Assembly (NCBI RefSeq): GCF_006345805.1
Contig: NC_043007.1
Coordinates: 61,256,001 to 61,320,000, forward strand
DNA from: Octopus sinensis
Lineage: Eukaryota
Length of the DNA stretch: 64,000 bases
Direction of reading: 5' to 3'
Shown: positions 13,601 to 23,883 of the stretch, in pieces
Numbering within the stretch: position 1 is the stretch's first letter
Layout of the letters: each line of letters starts with the position of its first letter
Made by a program: the position numbers and the translations under genes
The notes under the pieces: generated by a model
What the model saw: the letters and a program-made list of their open reading frames with translations, nothing else
Databases searched by the model: none
Told to the model about the DNA's origin: nothing

Positions 13601-16600
13601 AAAAAAGAATAAAAGTTCAAAACATAAAAGGAGTCTCATAATTACAAGGGTTGAAATAAAAACTTTCCCTCCCAAGAAATGTGCATCTCTGAAATTACTT
13701 TGTAGTGATGCCAGGTTTTAGACGCCATTTTGGGATGTTCATCGGCGCATGTGCAATGATTAGTGTCTTCTGGTAGGCCTACCGGATGTCCCTTATGCGC
13801 ATGCGCAATAATCAGCAGCAATTAGGTTTTACCGCTATTCGGATGTTGACGAACACAGATGTGACCAGACAAAGCTCCGAGTGGAGGCAAACCAGACTTG
13901 GCGGGCCGCAGAGAATGTTTTCAACAGTTGTGATTTAAACCAACTCTGCTGCTTACTACCCCTGGCGTTCACGCTACCGATGTCCAGAGATGAAATGTTT
14001 ATTTCGGTGAAAATAAACTATTATTGTTATTTGTTCGGAGATTTGTGTTCCTGTTATTTTTCCTTTCTACAACATTGTAGGGAAATGTGTGAGGCACCCA
14101 ACCAATGCAAATATCACACATAAAAGAATCCTACAACTTCCTTGCTCTAAGTTATTTTTTTTCCAATCACAAATTCACAGGATTAAGCATTAAATATCAA
14201 AACTTCACCAAGCAATCTTTGTTTCTCAGTATAGGAGAACCTAAAATGGTTGTTATCCAACATCCACTTTGCCTTCTCAGATTAATCTCAAGAATTTAAA
14301 CAGATCACAAATTAATACAAAAAAACCCCATCAAAACACAAAGAGAAATGGCTAAGTAGACAAAGTACAAGATTAACAGTTCATGAGATCAAATCTATTT
14401 CTCATTTAATTAGATGGTATTATGCTCAAGAGCCTTTAATGCAATAATTTTCAGCATTTTCCCACTCATAGTACATCAAATAAGATGCTAAAGAATTATA
14501 GTACACCAGCAACCATTTAAAAGTTTTATTTAAAAAATAGTTGCATGCTTTGCACTTTACAGTAAAGAGATACACATGCAGTGGTGTGGTGCATAAAAAA
14601 CAACCAGGTTTTCTAAATATCATGGTGCTCACAACATACCTAAAGATCATATATGGCACATAAGTGTGCTGTGGCACAATTGTTGAAAATGGACATAAAA
14701 CAGATGAATGGAAGCTATAATAGGAAATGTAAAGTCTAAAGCAAATGATTTGGTAAAAATTATAAATAAGGAAATTCTTAGAAATATCTAGGGAAAAAAT
14801 GACAAATAAAGAAAATTTGAAAGTTTTTGAAATTTATTTTTATCACCTGATGAATTCATTGCATATTTTTTGTAAATATGTGACTGATTGTTTTCGAATT
14901 AAAGTATTTCCATATAACTCCAGGTACAGCTCCACTTTATCTGGAAAGATGTGATACAATATTATATGGCATGATATAAAAAATATTATAATGTCACAGG
15001 ATGTACATATGCTTTATGATTTTACACCTGATATCCCCCTCCTTATGCATGTACACATGTATATTATGACTCATACATTGTTCACTTTCCTGACTTTTGT
15101 ACATAATTCTATGTACTGTATATGCACCTTTGATAAGTTGTACCTGAGCACTATACACAATAATTTCATTATCATTATTATATTATTATTGATTCATTTG
15201 ACACTTTTACTGGTCTCAGCCACGTGGCTATGGCCATGCTGGTACACCACCTCACGTGTTTTTAAGTTGAAATTTTACCAACATCAAACATTTACCTTTC
15301 AGCTCTTTGGGAGTTACATACTGGAACCCATGAATGCTCTAATCAACTGAGCTAACCATGCCTATGCTGGCCATAGAGCCATTTTAAGGAAGTTTATTGG
15401 AGGATTTGTTAGAGTGTTGGACAAATACCTCTCAGTTATTGTTTGTATTCTTTGTGTCCAGAATTTGATTTCCTTAGTCAAAGGCAGTGACTTGGCAGAA
15501 CAATTAGCATGTTGGGCAAAATGATTAGTGGCATTTCGTCTGTCTTTACATTTTGAGTTCAAATTTTGCCAAGGTTGATCATTTCAGAGGTTGATAAAAG
15601 AAGTACCAGTTGAACAATGGGGTTGATATAATTGACTAGCCCCTCCCCCAAACCTGCTGGTCTTGTGCCAAAATTTGAAACCAATATTTCTTTGACTAAT
15701 AAATAAAGTGCCAGCAAAGAACTGGAGTTGATTCCTCTTTCTCTCTCTCCACCCCCTCCCTTTCACAGAATCCACCATGCTGCACTGTGGAAGAATTGTA
15801 AAGGAATATGCATAGAGTTCCTTCCCTCCAAGAAATCAAATAAGGTTGAAATAGGGGCTAGCAACCTCTTCTCAGCTAGCATGCTAGAAAAGCCATTAAA
15901 AAAAAGCCAGTGCACAGGACTGATGTGTTCTATAGTAGAGAATTATTAGCATTGTCATCACCATCATTGTTGCAACCACAATGCCACTGCCACTGCTGCT
16001 GTTACCATCACCACCACCACCACCACCACCACCACCACCGTCATCGGTTTAAATTTACTGTCCATACTCATATGGGCTGGATGGGACTGCTCACTTAGAT
16101 AGTTGTGGACCTCACCTAGTTTACATTTATTTTATTCTGGTTGGGTCTATGATTGGTTGCCCTTCCTAACACCAATAACTTTACAGAGTGGACTGGATGC
16201 ATTTTTCATACAATCAGCACTATAGAGGTGTCATGTCCTCACAACCTCACACTTTATGCAGTGTACTGGATATGTCTTTTCTCTTCACTCATCCACCTCT
16301 TTATAGAGTGAGGACCTGAAGATAAATTTATCTAACTTTACCTATTCCTTATTACTAGCACTGCCATGCTGTATCCTTGTTAATAATGTCTGTTATTTAC
16401 AGTCTAGACTCTTTGAGTAAAAGCGAAATTTTTTTGAAAGCCAGGATTCCAAAAACGTATGAGTGAGTGGTGTCAACATCTCAACTGATTAGGCTTCATT
16501 TATTCCCCATGCAAATTTATATTAACATGAAATATTGAAAGGAAAAATAATTTCAAGTAGAGAGTTCTACTTGTTTTACTTTAAAGGAAGACAACTCTGT

Positions 16601-18403
16601 TATCTCTGCTTTAAAAAATGAGAACACCAACTTGTTAGTCTTAATTTTAACCCTTTAGTATTCAGATTATTCTGTCAAATGTAATGCTTATTTATTTACA
16701 TTGTTTTGAGTTAATAATGTATTATATTGCAGCTTTGAGATTTTGGTGATGTGTTTGTATATATTTAGAATGACATTTTAAGGTAGGTATGAGAGGCCAG
16801 ATCTGGCCAGTTTGAACATAAAACAAGTAGAATATTTTGGCCAGATATGGCTGGTTTAAATGGTAAAGGCTTAAATCTACTGCAATTGTTTCATTTTGAC
16901 TCAGAAGAGCAAATGATTTTATATTACCTCAGTTCACCTAGCTTTCAAGAATTTCTGAAAATGTTATCTGAAATAAACTAGTATCCTCTCCAGTGGAAAC
17001 TTATCACTAAACAACTAAATATTAAAATGAAAACTAAGTATTGACCCTTATAAACTTCTTAAAACATTAGTTTTCAGTTTCATTTAATACTAACAAAGCT
17101 ATAAGGCAACAAGCTAGTAGAATCATTAGCTTAGTGGCACTTCGTCTGTTTTACATTCTGAATTCAAATTCTACTGAGGTCGACTTCATCCTTTTGGGTT
17201 CATAAAATGAGTATAAGTTGAACACTGGGATTGATGTAATCGACTTATCCTTGTATCAAAATTTGAAGTCAATATTAATAAAGATATTTTCATAAAAAAA
17301 TTAAACTTAGAAAAAGAGAAATAATAATATATTAGGCTAAGATACCTTGAAGTCCAAGCAGTTTGGGTGACTGTAATGCAATTGCCAAGAGTAATAAATG
17401 TCTGGCATAGATTTCAAGACGGCTTTCCAGAATGTAAAACTAGAATTAAAAAAATAGAAACAAAACAGAATTAAATTTTTAGTCAATTCAAAGTAAAATG
17501 TTTGTAAAGACTCAACATTTGTTTATGTTAAGATGTAACAGAACAAAATCAGTGGAAGTAGATTTTCACTATTACAATTAACAAAAAATAACCAATTAAT
17601 ATCTTCACCATGGTAAATTAGTAACTTATGCATAAAAATCTGGCATTATTGGGAGATATTTAGCGACATTTTGTCTGTCTTTATGATTTGAGTTAAAATT
17701 CCTCCGAGGTCGACTTTGCCTTTCATCGTTTCTGAATCGATAAATTAAGTACCAGGGTTGATGTAATTGACTTAACCCCTCACCCAAAATTTCAGGCCTT
17801 GTGCTTATAGTAGAAAGGATTATTGAGAAGACCTGTCAAGCCAAATGAAATTATAGTCATGTAACTAGTACCCATGCTGGTGGAACGTAAAGAGCACTGT
17901 TGGAGTATTGGGCCTCACAGAGGTAAAGTGGCTAAGTTCTTTTCAAGCATTGGGTCTTATGGAGGCAAAAGTGGCTGAGTTCCTTTCGAGTGCTGGGTTT
18001 CACAAAGGCAACATGGCCAAGTTCCTTTCAAGCATTGGGCCTCACAGAAGAAAGTGGCTGAGTTCCTTTTGAGTGTTGGGCCTCATGGAAGCAAAGTGGC
18101 TGAGTTCCTTTTGAGTGTTGGGCCTCACAGAGGCAATGACTGAGACCTTTGACATTATGTCATGCTTGAGAAGAAGACCTATTAAGACCTATCGCAGCCA
18201 TGGCAGATACCGGTGTCATGCAAATGGCATCCATGCTGGTGGCGCATAAAAGCACCCATTACACTCTTGGAGTGGTTGATGTTAGGAAAGATATCCAGGT
18301 GTAGAAAACCATGCCAAATCAGACTGGAGTTTGGTGCAGCCTTCCAGCTCACCAGCCCTGGTCAAACTGTCCAGCCTATGCCTGTATGGACAAAGGACGT
18401 TAA

Positions 18404-18436
<33 letters not shown>

Positions 18437-21400
18437 GTGTCTGAACATGTTGTGTGAATAAGCAACTGTTCAAAATGGTACCTTGATAGACTGAATTATT
18501 GAGAGTTAGGCATCTCTGATTTGGTGTAGATTTGTTGCCTCCCTAATAACGTGTTGAACTCTAGCTCTGATATGATAATGTTACTACTCTGTCTCAGTGG
18601 TTCTCAATTGGGGGTTCATATGACCCTTGGGGATCCATATAAGATTTTGCTGTTAAAATCTAAGTACAATAAATTGCTTATACTTCTGCAATACACAAAA
18701 TATAGTATTTTTTCATATAATTCCTAATAATATTATAATAATTTAATTATAAAAATACAGCATGATTTTTTTTAATACACATTGAATGGCTATGGAGGTC
18801 CAGTAGAGTAAAATAGAAATCAAAGGGTCCATAGGCAAAAAATGGATGAGAACCACTAGTCTATATTATGATAGAAGATATTTACTGATATGGCTATGCG
18901 GTCAAGTTTATTTCCTAACAATATGGTTCTAAGTTCAGTCTCACTGTGTGGCACCTCAAGCAAATGTCTTTTACTCTAGCCTCGGGCTGACCAAGACCTT
19001 CTGTGTGGTTTAGGTAGACAGAGATTGAAAGAAGCCAATCAAATACCATTACTTCTACTACCATCAACATCACTATCATCATCATCATTTTAACATCAAC
19101 TTTTCTTTTCCATACTTGTATGGTTTAGATGGAAATCATTGCAACAAATTTTCTACAGATTAATGCTCTTCCTGTTGCTTACCCTCCCCTGTTTCTAAAC
19201 AAAGTAATATTTCCTCATGAACCAATATGTTTTACATCTGTCACATGAATTCGTGGACAAAGAATAATTATATTAAATAAAATCTCTTGTTAGTGTATAG
19301 AATAAACATATTTAACATAGGAGTGTTAAATTAGATGTCTCTCCCTCTCTTTTGTTTAATTTTCAAAATAGCAAACCTCTTAAACTTCTTTTCTATACAA
19401 ATTGATTAAAATGTGATATGCAAGAGAGACACTTAGAGTATTGTTTTTCTCTCTCAAAATATTACAACCTTTTCTTTTGCAAAAGATCAAGAAAGTATGT
19501 TTTCCTGAAGATTGTAATGATTATGAAATAATGGGATGAAATAAGAACTTACATGCAGTTTTCTATTTAGCTGTTTGTTTGAACAGGTAACTGTTTTGAA
19601 AACATGTCGTAAATCAGCAGAACCGATTAGCAGTATATTCACAGGATCTGGGCAAAATAACATTACATACATAGAAACATCGTATATATGTATAGGTATA
19701 TATATATGCATAGGTATATACATACAAGGGTTGGACAAAATAATGGAAACACCTGTCATTATAGCATCATAATTTTGAAATATCTATAAAACCATCAAAA
19801 ACTTGTTTATTTTTTATATTTTTTGATTTATTATTAGTGTTGCTTAATGTTTTGCTAAAATTGCTGTTTCTTTTCAGATATCATCAGTAAAAGGTAATTA
19901 AAAAATTAATTAAAATGACAGATCTATAAGACTTTCAAAGGGGTCAAATTGTTGGTGCTTGTATGGCAGGTGCTAGTGTAATCAAAATAGCTGGAATGTT
20001 TGGTGTATCAAGAAGTACTGCCGTGAAAGTAATGACAGCCTTTGAGAAAGAGGGAATAACCTTGTTGAAACAAAATTCTGGAAGAAATCCAAAACTTTCA
20101 GACAGGGACTGTCGGACTCTTATGCAAATTGTTAGAAAGGATCACAAAAGTACAGCTCTCAAAATTACTGCAGAGCTTAATGACCACCTTGAGAACCCAG
20201 TTTCCACAAAAACTGTTTGCCAGGAGCTGCACAAAGCCAGATTTCATGGGAGGGCTGCAATCAGAAAGCCACTACTTTCAAAAACAAATGTTGCGAAGCA
20301 TTTAGAGTGGAGTAAAAACCTACAGAATTGGTCCCTAGGAGCAGTGGAAGAATGTTGTTTTCTCAGACGAGTTATCCTTTACCTTATTTCCGACCACTGA
20401 CTGAGTATACGTGTGGAGACAGCCAAAAGAAGTATTTGACTCAGACTGCCTTCTTCCAATTGTTAAACATAAAAAATTCTTAATAGAAAGACAAAACCCA
20501 GATATAGGAGCAGCTTTAACACACACACAAACACAAAGCTTATGTCTCTAGCAGTTTGTAACTTGTTATTGTTACTGTAGTGTGCCCCTAATGAAAGCAC
20601 TTAGTTCTCACTGGCCAAGTCCACTATTTTCTGAGTAGGATGAATTTTACTATTTGTTTCGGTTCTGTTAGGAATGCTACATCATCTGGAAACATTATCT
20701 GTAAGAGAACCTTGTCCTAATCAAGAAAAAATTTGTCTTGTTTGTTTTGTTTTGTGACACTAAACAAAAGCTAGGATTGCTTGAAGCAAAAAAAAAAAAA
20801 AAAATCCTATCTACCATGCAGGACACCACACAGGTTAGCAACTTTCATAAGGATCTATAGTGTAGATTGAATTAACAGTCCCTAAAATGCCCTACTCCAA
20901 ACTGTGTTGGTATACAAGACATTTTTAATGTTAATTGAAGCATAAGAACTGAATGACAGAATACCACCACTGATTGAAAAAAAAAAGAAAAGAAGGAAAA
21001 TACCGTTTTCATTTGAATTATCTTCCAATTTCAACTTTTGGAGTTTATTTTCAGGTTCTGAAACATTAATAATAAAATAAAATAAATCAGAATCAATGAA
21101 ACAGAAGCAAAAAACCAACACTCTCCTTCAGCTTCTGGAAATACTGTGAATGAAGAGCAGGAATATTAATATTAAATTTAAAAATTAGAAAGTTCAGTCC
21201 AAATAGACAAGGATGGCGACTGTAGTACAGAAGGTAGAGATTCATGGTAGATAGTTTCTTATCAGCCATTTCCCATTCTGTTCACCTCTAATAGTACAAT
21301 AATTGTTTATATTTTATTCCTCCAGGGTTGGCAAATGAAGTGAAATCATCTTGCAACACTTATGTAGTGATCACCTGAGTAAATTTTGTCAAGTAGTCTG

Positions 21401-22006
21401 CAATTCACTCTGTAAAAGTAGATTCTTCTTTAGGCTACAGATCACAGCAAGAAATTTTAAGGTGAATAATAAAAAGTAAATGGCTCAATCAAGAACTGAA
21501 TCAACAATGTAAAGTCAGCTGGCTTAGAGTTTGTTTCAACTAAACTTCCATTAAAAAGTATTTAAAAAATGACAGTATTGACTTTACAAACCTTCTCTTT
21601 CTCTGGGAAATAAAAAGCACACAAACAGTGAATGGTTTGTTTACTGATTTCTATATCAGAATGAACAGTTTTCAGCTTAGCTCTGAATACCCAGGAATGT
21701 TCATCACAAAGGAGACCAAATGAGGATGAAACACCATGTCTGATGATTGACCAATGATAGATTCTGAGTGAATTCTGTGTTTTTTTTAACGTACATACCT
21801 CTTCGATAAGTTTCTCTGAGACAAAATATTACATAGGCCCAGGAGTGGCTGTGTAGTAAGTAGCTTGCTTACCAATCACATGGTTCTGGGTTCAGTCCCA
21901 CTGCATGGCACCTTGGGCAAGTGTCTTCTATTATAGCCTCAGGACGACCAAAGCTTTGTGAGTGGGTTTGGTAGACGGAAACTGAAAGAAGCCTGTCGTA
22001 TATATG

Positions 22007-22067
<61 letters not shown>

Positions 22068-23483
22068 ATATGTTTGTGTGTCTGTGTTTGTCCTCCACCC
22101 ATATCGCTTGACAACGGATGGTGGTGTGTTTACGTCCCCGTAACTTGGCGGTTCGGCATAAGAGACTAATAGAATAAGTGCTAGGCTTTCAAAGAATAAG
22201 TCCTGGAGTCGATTTGCTCGACTAAAGGCAGTGCTCCAGCATGGCCGCTGTAAAACGACTGAAACAAGTAAAAAAGCTAGTGCTGTTCCACACTTGTATT
22301 CACATAGTAAATGTTGTACACATCATTACTATGCTATTATAACCACTTTTCTCAAGTGCCTGAAATTGTGTGCCTAGTTTTCTGTTGTATGGCCATGCGA
22401 CAATGCGTGAATACTAGTGAGTGAAAGACAAACCTAAGCCTTACAACTATGGAAACCACTACAGGCTACCAATGAAGGTTCCTGCATTACTGAGGATTAC
22501 ATGAACTTTTCTGCCTCTTACTAGCTTAAAGATTTCTGAGATATTTTGAATAATTAGAAAATTACTATTTTTAAATGGATAATTAGAAAATTACTATTTT
22601 TAAATCTCACAACGAGAGATATTCAGCAACAGTACTTTGGAGTAAAGATTTTTGTCAAGGACGAATGTTGCTGTAATTTAACCCTAGGAGACATCGTCTC
22701 CAGCTAGCTATACAACACGATCTGTGTCCTTATATCTTTGAACAAGGGATTCCCAAGACTCCTGGGCTAAATTACAGCAACATTTGTCCTCAACCAAGAC
22801 TGCCATGTTATGTTGGCAAAAATCTTTACTCCTAACAAGATAATGAACTGGACATTTGAACCAATATTCTGTCTCTTCTAATACAAGTCAGTTTGTCTCA
22901 GATTAATGGCAAAAGACCAGATGGTATGACTTTGTATCCTTGGAGGAAGAGACACTGTATACTCTGGGATATTGCAGTGGTGGATTTTTTTGCTGCAAGT
23001 CATATCGTTAATTGTAGTGTTTTTATGGATTCTACTGCTTTATCGATAGAACAGAAATTCTTAAATATTTAGTATAATCCACAAACTATGCATTTTCAAC
23101 TAACTGAAACCACTAGTGGTTGTGGTCCTTTAATAGAATATATTTTTGTCTGAGTTTTGTTTAAAGTTAGAAAACAAGAAGGCGCACGGCTCCGTGAAAG
23201 GACCTTACCAACCATTGTATGGGACAGTACTGTCAATGGCTTCTTATGTCTCTGCTAATCTATTTTCCAGTGAGCTGTTTTTATTTTTTTTCAATTACTA
23301 TGCACTTATATTTTATACAAACTATCGGGGACACAAGCGAAAAGAATAAAGACGCACAGTACTGTTCCTAAAAGTAAACATTAACAGAAAAATCAAAATT
23401 AGAATTACTGCTTTACCTGATTCTAAAAGATTAATACATGGACTGTATCCCCAGAAAGATATATTACCGTAGCCATCAATCAT
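844..23483 (-). CDS. DNAAF3: Dynein axonemal assembly factor 3 (PF22 family), spliced, 3'-incomplete (runs off the left edge)
   Basis: 12 exons with GT-AG sites and consistent phases: 23483-23417, 21057-21004, 19647-19553, 17439-17346, 14940-14847, 13584-13521, 12509-12427, 8008-7915, 6609-6487, 5210-5088, 3856-3745, 930-844. The joined translation has recognisable DNAAF3 motifs: [80 protein letters not shown]. Confidence 0.95.
946..1020 (+). repeat. (AAT)n microsatellite
   Basis: Direct reading. Similar tracts at 1435-1497 and 1834-1920; (TA)n at 10569-10621, 22011-22054, 31548-31606 and many more. Confidence 0.95.
1025..1435 (+). mobile_element. 3' fragment of an R4/Dong-like non-LTR retrotransposon (restriction-like endonuclease domain)
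   Basis: RQPDTIILDK..KECIIKDVAV ... MQRLWRVSAKVILVVI ... SIQKYVLLGRAKIARKVLDI*; flanked by (AAT)n on both sides. Confidence 0.7.
2080..2640 (+). mobile_element. Second decayed R4/Dong-like non-LTR fragment
   Basis: RT-region remnant (GVQLPDDKCIGEV.GEGYRY) joined to an REL remnant (EKVGKYQDLAFEVK). Confidence 0.55.
3745..3856 (-). CDS. DNAAF3: DNAAF3 exon 11 (TARNVTEHNLTSMF...DNKVT)
   Basis: 112 nt, GTGCAG acceptor, GTAAGA donor; conserved TA..VTEHN. Confidence 0.9.
5088..5210 (-). CDS. DNAAF3: DNAAF3 exon 10 ([25 protein letters not shown]...YRK)
   Basis: 123 nt, TTACAG acceptor, GTAAGT donor. Confidence 0.93.
6487..6609 (-). CDS. DNAAF3: DNAAF3 exon 9 ([20 protein letters not shown]...SGIILMK)
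   Basis: 123 nt, CAG acceptor, GTAGGT donor. Confidence 0.93.
7915..8008 (-). CDS. DNAAF3: DNAAF3 exon 8 (WETRLRSYLQTRYD...[12 protein letters not shown])
   Basis: Phase-2 Trp codon split completes exon 7; GTATTA donor; 94 nt. Confidence 0.93.
9009..10284 (+). mobile_element. Full-length mariner element (irritans/Hsmar2-like TIRs) with inactivated transposase
   Basis: 28-bp TIRs (TGAGGGGTGTATGAAAAGTTTTGAGCCT, 3 mismatches) with TA on both sides. Transposase 9189-10220 has WVPH-LL, ITMDESWVHHY and HHDNAPAH, an in-frame TGA at 9441-9443, frameshifts, and a deletion of the YSPDLAPSD motif. Confidence 0.92.
10622..10900 (-). mobile_element. Gypsy/Ty3 pol fragment (RNase H C-terminal region)
   Basis: GRRFRLQTDH.LL..IYGSKK.IPVHTANSLRRWGTILLNY ... 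ADGLCRLIP. Confidence 0.85.
10943..11456 (+). mobile_element. Non-autonomous Helitron
   Basis: 5' A|TC start, 3' CTAG|T end, subterminal hairpin CCCGAGCAACGCCAGG; no TSD. Confidence 0.75.
12427..12509 (-). CDS. DNAAF3: DNAAF3 exon 7 ([27 protein letters not shown])
   Basis: TAG acceptor, GTAAGT donor, 83 nt. Confidence 0.92.
13521..13584 (-). CDS. DNAAF3: DNAAF3 exon 6 (MITDFDYLKEKLPIVDISRLK)
   Basis: Long polypyrimidine tract plus CAG acceptor, GTAATA donor, 64 nt, phase fits. Confidence 0.9.
13701..14074 (+). mobile_element. Putative solo LTR
   Basis: TGTAG...CTACA(ACA) termini, CpG-rich relative to flanks, AATAAA near the 3' end; TSD imperfect. Confidence 0.4.
14847..14940 (-). CDS. DNAAF3: DNAAF3 exon 5 (DKVELYLELYGNTLIRKQ...EFIR)
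   Basis: TTCCAG acceptor, GTGATA donor, 94 nt; conserved LE.YGN.LIR. Confidence 0.92.
17346..17439 (-). CDS. DNAAF3: DNAAF3 exon 4 (FYILESRLEIYARHLLLL...LGLQ)
   Basis: TTCTAG acceptor, GTATCT donor, 94 nt; conserved YARH..L..GLQ. Confidence 0.92.
17910..18145 (+). repeat. About 42-bp minisatellite, about 5.5 copies
   Basis: Unit GGGCCTCACAGAGGCAAAGTGGCTGAGTTCCTTTYRAGYRTT, degenerate. Confidence 0.85.
18595..18858. mobile_element. hAT (Charlie-like) MITE
   Basis: Termini CAGTGGTTCTCA and TGAGAACCACTA; no clean 8-bp TSD seen. Confidence 0.6.
19553..19647 (-). CDS. DNAAF3: DNAAF3 exon 3 ([19 protein letters not shown]...RKLH)
   Basis: CCCAG acceptor, GTAAGT donor, 95 nt. Confidence 0.92.
19725..20470 (+). 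mobile_element. 3'-truncated Tc1-like element
   Basis: TA then CAAGGGTTGGACAAAATAATGGAAACAC left TIR; ORF 19963-20400 has Tc1/Tc3 helix-turn-helix features (GRNPKLSDRD, RKPLLS) and continues by frameshift into FSDE...VYVWR. Confidence 0.85.
21004..21057 (-). CDS. DNAAF3: DNAAF3 exon 2 (EPENKLQKLKLEDNSNEN)
   Basis: 54-nt phase 1-1 exon, TTTCAG acceptor and GTATTT donor; fits between exons 1 and 3 but lies in a poorly conserved region. Confidence 0.7.
21836..22275 (+). repeat. tRNA-headed SINE family A, near full-length copy with an internal (TA)n/(GT)n tract
   Basis: GGCTGTGTRGTAAG..GCTT.C..CCAA.CACATGGTTCTGGGTTCAGTCCCAC head and GTAAAA tail. Other copies: 3326-3712, 36228-36645, 38465-38845 (+); 12605-12935, 42137-42504, 43173-43540 (-). 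Confidence 0.85.
23417..23483 (-). CDS. DNAAF3: DNAAF3 coding exon 1 ([22 protein letters not shown])
   Basis: ATG at 23483, 67 nt, donor GTAAAG; matches the DNAAF3 N-terminal G.G...WG.SP motif. Confidence 0.9.
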
Positions 23484-23860
23484 TTTTGTAAAAAACAACT
23501 ATATTATTAAGAGCATAAAAGTGTATGAAACGAATTAACGTGAGCTTGAATTTGTTGTGATATATTGCTTAGCAACCTACCATTCTGCATAAAAAAATAT
23601 CATGAATACAAAAACGTGTAAATCTCATTATGAAAATTATTTCAAGTAATAGATATTTAAAAGTAAATTTTTAATGTATTAAAATATTTTAAAATTTTAT
23701 TAGTTCTAAGAATAAAGAATTCTGTTTGCTGCGAGCTTAATGTTATGGTTTTATCGTTCCCGCTTTTGGAATTTGTATCTTAATTTCTGCTTCATTCCTC
23801 AAAGATAACTGATTATTTATATTCATTTTAAAATTGTTTGTTAATATCTTTTTAGACGAA
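23484..23860. promoter_or_regulatory. Shared bidirectional promoter and 5' UTR region, DNAAF3 <- -> CWF19L1
   Basis: Divergent ATGs 377 bp apart with no recognisable repeat between them. Confidence 0.75.
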
Positions 23861-23883
23861 ATGGAAAATAAACAATTGAAATT
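23861..23883 (+). CDS. CWF19L1: CWF19L1 coding exon 1 (MENKQLK-L)
   Basis: ATG GAA AAT AAA CAA TTG AAA TT followed by GTAAGT; the phase-2 end matches the exon 2 start. Confidence 0.85.

Noticed and set aside
17335-17345. DNAAF3 intron 4 donor GTATCTTAG as a U12 site
   Set aside because: It lacks the full GTATCCTT consensus, and no CCTTAAC branch point was seen before exon 5.
17910-18145. CRISPR-like reading of the 42-bp and 62-bp arrays
   Set aside because: Contiguous tandem units without unique spacers, in a eukaryotic intron, with no cas genes.
21193-21220. ATG GCG ACT GTA GTA CAG AAG followed by GTAGAG as an alternative CWF19L1 first exon
   Set aside because: A phase-0 donor cannot join exon 2, which needs phase 2; the exon at 23861 fits both phase and homology.
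22549-22606. 29-bp local tandem duplication (ATAATTAGAAAATTACTATTTTTAAAT)
   Set aside because: Ordinary slippage in AT-rich intron DNA.
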